A stretch of 64,000 bases of DNA from Candidatus Dormiibacterota bacterium (GTDB lineage Bacteria > Chloroflexota > Dormibacteria > Aeolococcales > Aeolococcaceae): positions 89,944 to 153,943 of the forward strand of contig DATDID010000026.1 in the NCBI GenBank assembly GCA_036521195.1, given 5' to 3'. Every line of letters starts with the position of its first letter. Positions within the stretch are counted from its first letter, which is position 1. Positions 59,601-64,000 of this stretch are shown here, in pieces. The notes beneath the pieces were generated by a model. That model was not told the DNA's origin. It worked only from the letters and a program-made list of their open reading frames with translations, and searched no databases. The position numbers and the translations under genes are program-made.

Positions 59601-60947
59601 ATGAGCACCCATATGACCGATACGGACGCAACGACCAAAGCAGGCAATTCCACAGGCATGACCGTCACGCTCGAGCGGAAGGCGGCCTCACAGGTCGCCC
59701 TGCAGGTTGAGGCCACCCCGGAAGAGGTTGATGCCGCAATCGAGGCTTCGCTGCGGCGGCTCGCCTCGCGGGTCCGCATCCCGGGGTTCCGCCCGGGTAA
59801 GGCGCCCACGGCCATGGTCGAGCGCGCCGTCGGCTGGGAGACCGTCCGCCACGAGACCGTCGACCACCTGGTGCCGGACCTCTACCTGCGCGCGGTGGAG
59901 GAGGTGGGCGTCGAGCCGATCGGGGATCCCGACCTCGACCTGGGTGAGCTCGAGCGTGACAAGCCGCTGAAGTTCACGGCGACCGTGACGGTCAAGCCCG
60001 AGGTCGACCTGCGCGATTACCTCTCCATTCGGGTGCCGATGGAGACGACGGAGATCAGCGACGAGAACGTCGATGAGGCCATCGCCGGTGTCCGCCGCAA
60101 ACACGCGGAGCTGGTCGAGGTCGACCGCGCCGCGCAGTCCGGAGACGTCATCAAGTGCACCCTCGTCATGCGCCGCGGCGACGAGATCCTGACCGGCGCC
60201 GACAACGTCGAGCGCGACCTCGAGCTCAATCGCGAGGAGGTCATCCCAGCGATCGTCGACGGCGTCATCGGCTTGACCGCGGGTCAGTCTCGTACCTTCG
60301 AGACCGTGTTGCCTCCGGACTACCGGCAGGAGGAGCTTCGGGGTGCCACCGTCACCATCGATGTCGCCGTGCACTCGGTCCGCGAGCGGGAACTGCCTCC
60401 CGAGGACGACAGCCTCGCCGTGCTGGATGGCCACGGGACCACGCTGGATGAGCTTCGCGAGTACTACCGCAGCACGCTGACGGCCGAAGCGGTGGAGCAG
60501 GACCGCGAGACCCACGAAGGCGCAGCACTCGAGGCCCTGCGCGACCACATTCGCGTCGACGTGCCCCAGGCGATGATCGACCGCGAGATCGACCGCCAGC
60601 TGGCCGACCTCGAATACCGCCTCGGCTCCCTCGGTCTCCCGCTCGACCGCTATCTGGAGATGAGCGGGTCGAACATGGAGGCGCTGCGCACCGAGCGTCG
60701 CGATGCCGCGGCGAGCCGCGTTCGACTCGAGCTTGCTCTGGACGCGCTGGCTGTGGCCGAAGGCATCGAGGTTGACGAGAACCAGGTGGAGCGTGAGGCG
60801 CGCGCGATCGCCGAGGGACGGCGAATTGACGCTGCCCAGCGCCGTCGCCTCGAGGACATCGCGCGGCGTGACCTCCGGCGTCGGGCCGCGGGGGAGCGGC
60901 TCCTCGAGATCGTCACCCCGGAGGCTTCCGGCTTCGTCACCACCTGA
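59601..60947 (+). CDS. tig: trigger factor
   Basis: Carries VRIPGFRPGKAP and the overall N-domain/PPIase/C-domain layout. The start may instead be the ATG at 59658 (MTVTLERK...). Confidence 0.9.
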   Translation: MSTHMTDTDATTKAGNSTGMTVTLERKAASQVALQVEATPEEVDAAIEASLRRLASRVRIPGFRPGKAPTAMVERAVGWETVRHETVDHLVPDLYLRAVEEVGVEPIGDPDLDLGELERDKPLKFTATVTVKPEVDLRDYLSIRVPMETTEISDENVDEAIAGVRRKHAELVEVDRAAQSGDVIKCTLVMRRGDEILTGADNVERDLELNREEVIPAIVDGVIGLTAGQSRTFETVLPPDYRQEELRGATVTIDVAVHSVRERELPPEDDSLAVLDGHGTTLDELREYYRSTLTAEAVEQDRETHEGAALEALRDHIRVDVPQAMIDREIDRQLADLEYRLGSLGLPLDRYLEMSGSNMEALRTERRDAAASRVRLELALDALAVAEGIEVDENQVEREARAIAEGRRIDAAQRRRLEDIARRDLRRRAAGERLLEIVTPEASGFVTT

Positions 60948-60985
60948 CGTCTGAGGCTCGGTGGGCGTGGGTAAGCTCTCCCGCG

Positions 60986-61975
60986 ATGAGCCAGCCGGTG
61001 ATCAGCGTTCGCGACCTTGTCAAGACCTACGGCAAGGTCGAGGCAGTTCGTGGCATCGATCTCGAGGTCGGCCCGGGTGAGATCTTCGGGTTCCTGGGGC
61101 CGAACGGCGCGGGCAAGTCGACGACGATCAGCATCCTCTGCACGCTGATCCGTCCAACCTCGGGCGTCGCCGAGGTCGCCGGATTCGACGTCCGTGAGAA
61201 TCCGAGCGCGGTCCGGGCCCGGATCGGCCTGGTCTTTCAGGACCCCTCGCTCGACGGCCAGCTGACCGGGCGCGAGAACCTCGAGTTCCACGCATATCTG
61301 TACGGGCTGCCGGCCGCGACGCGTAAGCAGCGCATTGACGACGCGCTGGCCATCGTCGACCTGGTCGACCGCGCCGGCTCGACGGTGATGACCTACTCGG
61401 GCGGCATGCGCCGGAGGCTCGAGATTGCGCGAGGCATCCTCCATTACCCTCAGGTGTTGTTCCTGGATGAGCCGACCCTTGGGCTCGACCCCCAGACGCG
61501 GAACAACATCTGGGAGTACCTGCATGCGGTGCGCCATCGCGAGCACATCACCATCTTCATGACCACGCATTACATGGACGAGGCCGAATTCTGCGATCGC
61601 ATCGCCATCATCGACCAGGGAAAGATCGTCGCCCTCGGAACCCCGGCAGAGCTCAAGACGAAGGTCGGTGGCGACGTGGTCACCATCACAACACCGGACA
61701 TCGGCGCTGCAGCCGACCAGTTGCGGTCCGTCATGCACCTCGAGTCGACTCAGATCGACGGCACCTTGCGCGTCGAGGTCTCGGACTCCGCGTCGTTCGT
61801 GCCGCGCTTGTTCTCCGAGCTGACCGTTCCGATCTCGGCTGTGAGTGCTCGGCGTCCGAGTCTCGACGACGTCTTCCTCAAGCTGACGGGTCGAGAGATA
61901 CGCGAGCAGGCGAACACATCGCTCGATACCATGCGGCGTATGGGCAGGATGTGGGGAGGCGGTGGACGGCGATGA
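60986..61975 (+). CDS. ABC transporter ATP-binding protein (DrrA-like, ABC-2 type)
   Basis: Motifs GPNGAGKST, YSGGMRRRLEIA and LFLDEPT. Confidence 0.85.
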   Translation: MSQPVISVRDLVKTYGKVEAVRGIDLEVGPGEIFGFLGPNGAGKSTTISILCTLIRPTSGVAEVAGFDVRENPSAVRARIGLVFQDPSLDGQLTGRENLEFHAYLYGLPAATRKQRIDDALAIVDLVDRAGSTVMTYSGGMRRRLEIARGILHYPQVLFLDEPTLGLDPQTRNNIWEYLHAVRHREHITIFMTTHYMDEAEFCDRIAIIDQGKIVALGTPAELKTKVGGDVVTITTPDIGAAADQLRSVMHLESTQIDGTLRVEVSDSASFVPRLFSELTVPISAVSARRPSLDDVFLKLTGREIREQANTSLDTMRRMGRMWGGGGRR

Positions 61976-62859
61976 GCGAACAGGCGTTGACGGCTGCACC
62001 CTCCACGCACGCGCCATCGGTGAACATCCGCGGGGCGACGCTGCGCGCGATCATCATCATCTGGCGCCGCGACCTGATCCGTTACTGGCGCGATCGCACG
62101 CGTGTGCTCGGATCCCTCGCGCAGCCGATCCTCTTCCTGTTCGTGTTCGGCAGCGGGCTCAGCTCCGCGTTGCGCGGCAGCACCGGTGGTCTCGGCGGGT
62201 CGGGGTCGTCGCTGCAGTACGTGCAGTTCATCTTCCCGGGCATCATCGGCATGTCGGTGCTCTTCACATCGATCTTCGGCGCGATGTCGATCGTCTGGGA
62301 CCGAGAGTTCGGCTTCCTGAAGGAGGTGCTCGTCGCGCCGATCCATCGGTCTGCGGTCGCAATCGGCAAGACGCTCGGTGGCGCGTCGCAGGCGATGATC
62401 CAGGGGCTCGTCATCCTCGTGCTCGCACCGCTCGTCGGTGTGAAGCTCACCGTGGTCGGCGTCGCTGAGCTGGTTCCGGCGATCTTCCTGTTCGCCTTCG
62501 CGCTGAGCGCACTCGGTGTCGCTGTCGCGGCACGGATGCGCACGATGCAGGGGTTTCAGGTGGTGATGAATTTCCTGATGATGCCGCTGTTCTTTCTTGC
62601 CGGTGCGCTCTTCCCGCTCACCGGTAACCTCCCGGCCTGGCTGCTCGTGCTGACACGTCTCGACCCGGCGAGCTACGGCATCGACGCGCTGCGCCGGATC
62701 GTCCTCACCGCGTCCGGGCTGCCCTCGCAGGTGGTCCACGGCTTCGCGGTGACCTTGTTCGGCTGGACCGTATCGCTTTGGGTCGAGCTGGCGGTGCTCG
62801 TTGCCTTCGGCCTGCTCATGATGGGCCTGGCCGTCTACGGATTCCGACAGCGCGATTGA
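61972..62859 (+). CDS. ABC-2 type transporter permease
   Basis: ATGA overlap with the ATPase gene. About 6 TM helices. Confidence 0.8.
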   Translation: MSEQALTAAPSTHAPSVNIRGATLRAIIIIWRRDLIRYWRDRTRVLGSLAQPILFLFVFGSGLSSALRGSTGGLGGSGSSLQYVQFIFPGIIGMSVLFTSIFGAMSIVWDREFGFLKEVLVAPIHRSAVAIGKTLGGASQAMIQGLVILVLAPLVGVKLTVVGVAELVPAIFLFAFALSALGVAVAARMRTMQGFQVVMNFLMMPLFFLAGALFPLTGNLPAWLLVLTRLDPASYGIDALRRIVLTASGLPSQVVHGFAVTLFGWTVSLWVELAVLVAFGLLMMGLAVYGFRQRD

Positions 62860-62873
62860 AAAGGCCTTCTATA

Positions 62874-63584
62874 ATGGAAAACAGAATGAATCCGACGAAT
62901 CTGATCCCGTACGTCATCGAGACAACCAATCGGGGCGAACGCGGGATGGACATCTACTCGCGCCTGCTCAAAGACCGCATCATCTTCATCGGGACGCCGA
63001 TCGACGACCAGGTTGCAAACGTCGTCATGGCGCAGCTCCTGTTCCTCGCCGGCGAGGACCCCGAGAAGGACATCTGGCTCTACATCAACTCCCCGGGCGG
63101 ATCGGTGTATGCGGGCCTCGCCATCTACGACACGATGCAGTACGTGGAGCCGCGCGTCGGTACCATCTGCATGGGCATCGCCGCTTCGATGGCGGCGATT
63201 CTGCTTGCAGGCGGTGCGGCCGGCATGCGCCTCAGCCTCCCGAACACGCGCGTGCTGATCCATCAGCCGTCCGGTGGTTTCAGCGGTCAGGCGACGGACA
63301 TTCAGATCCACGCGCAGGAAATTCTGCGTGTGCGCCGCCGTCTCGATGAGATCCTCGCCCACCACTCCGGCAAGGCCATCGAAGTCGTCAACCACGACTC
63401 GGATCGCGACTTCTTCATGAGCGCCGAGGAGGCCAAGGAATACGGCCTCATCGACGAGATCATCCAGGGCCGGATCAAGAGCGGCGGTTCGCCGAACGGC
63501 GAGAGCAATGGTGGCAAGCCACCCGGCGCGCCGCACGACACGGACACACCCCAGGCGGGTGGCGGTGCAACGGCGCACGCGTGA
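62874..63584 (+). CDS. clpP: ATP-dependent Clp protease proteolytic subunit with a Gly/Pro-rich C-terminal tail
   Basis: Carries [16 protein letters not shown] (catalytic Ser) and IHQPSGG (catalytic His). About 40 extra C-terminal residues read [35 protein letters not shown]. The start is ATG at 62874 or 62886. Confidence 0.9.
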   Translation: MENRMNPTNLIPYVIETTNRGERGMDIYSRLLKDRIIFIGTPIDDQVANVVMAQLLFLAGEDPEKDIWLYINSPGGSVYAGLAIYDTMQYVEPRVGTICMGIAASMAAILLAGGAAGMRLSLPNTRVLIHQPSGGFSGQATDIQIHAQEILRVRRRLDEILAHHSGKAIEVVNHDSDRDFFMSAEEAKEYGLIDEIIQGRIKSGGSPNGESNGGKPPGAPHDTDTPQAGGGATAHA

Positions 63585-63636
63585 TGCCTAGGCCGGTCGG
63601 TCGCGGGGACCACGTGAACAATCAGGGGGGTATGCC

Positions 63637-64000
63637 GTGACCGAGCGCGACGACCGCAGACGCCACACGCGTTGTTCGTTCTGTGGCAAGGGGCAGGAGC
63701 AGGTTCGCAAGCTCGTTGCCGGTCCTGGTGTGTACATCTGCGACCAGTGCATCGACCTGTGCCAGGAGGTCCTCGAGGAGGACAACCGCTCCACGACCAC
63801 CAAGCGGGGCAAGCCCGGGACGATCCCGAACCCGCAGGTGATCGCAGCGTCGCTCGACCAGTACGTGATCGGGCAGGAGCACGCCAAGAAGGTGCTCTCG
63901 GTGGCCGTGTTCAACCACTACAAGCGCATCGCCCATGCGAAGACGAACAGCGACGTCGAGTTGCAGAAGTCCAACGTGCTGCTCGTCGGCCCCACCGGCT
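63637..64000 (+). CDS. clpX: ATP-dependent Clp protease ATP-binding subunit ClpX, N-terminal part (runs off the window end)
   Basis: My own translation from GTG at 63637 gives [42 protein letters not shown] (zinc-binding domain) ... [25 protein letters not shown] ... NVLLVGPTG. Confidence 0.9.
   Translation, partial: MTERDDRRRHTRCSFCGKGQEQVRKLVAGPGVYICDQCIDLCQEVLEEDNRSTTTKRGKPGTIPNPQVIAASLDQYVIGQEHAKKVLSVAVFNHYKRIAHAKTNSDVELQKSNVLLVGPTG

Noticed and set aside
1-64000. CRISPR arrays, rRNA genes, insertion sequences and toxin-antitoxin pairs.
   Set aside because: I saw no regularly spaced short repeats, no rRNA-like conserved stretches, no transposase-like ORFs and no small two-gene TA-like pairs. 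This is a visual scan only, so short or degenerate elements could have been missed.

Overview
High-G+C bacterial chromosome segment. Third codon positions are mostly G/C, so long Arg/Pro/Gly-rich shadow ORFs occur on the opposite strand of almost every gene. Gene families present (MoaX-like MoaD-MoaE fusion, DUF6457, Eis-like GNAT, MscL, form I CO dehydrogenase) suggest an actinobacterium-like or other Terrabacteria soil organism; this is inference only. I saw no rRNA, CRISPR array, transposase, integrase or phage genes, and I found two tRNAs (Thr-CGT, Leu-TAG).

The dominant feature is a roughly 28 kb molybdenum/copper/CO-dehydrogenase supercluster at about 4978-33120:
- Moco biosynthesis: mobA, fdhD, mogA, moaC, a moaD-moaE fusion, moaA, moeA and mocA.
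- A CoxSLM-order form II-like molybdenum hydroxylase.
- A CoxMSL-order form I CO dehydrogenase whose large subunit carries the VAYRCSFR active-site loop.
- Maturation genes: an XdhC-YHS fusion, a MoeA-like protein, XdhC/CoxF-like, coxG, coxE and coxD.
- modABC with an HTH-TOBE regulator.
- A divergent copper module: a membrane protein, a secreted protein with an N-terminal His, and a CopC-CopD fusion.
Many of these genes are joined by ATGA/GTGA start-stop overlaps.

The rest of the window contains:
- A three-gene operon of two PLP decarboxylases flanking an orphan 385-aa protein.
- A CBS-citrate synthase fusion and an orphan Flp pilin.
- An Arn-like polyprenyl-sugar operon.
- Two overlapping tandem-GGDEF genes, one fused to a GNAT domain, facing an internally duplicated orphan protein and a pseudo-receiver.
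- An AlkZ-like glycosylase next to an Eis-like GNAT.
- leuS, mscL with a zinc-ribbon tail, and two GT-C paralogs.
- tig, an ABC-2 exporter, clpP and clpX.

The best candidates for something undescribed are the YHS-fused XdhC chaperone together with the Cu-uptake module as a dedicated Mo-Cu cofactor assembly route, the GGDEF/GNAT plus repeat-protein neighbourhood, and the decarboxylase-sandwiched orphan. All family calls come from reading motifs by eye; no database search was run.
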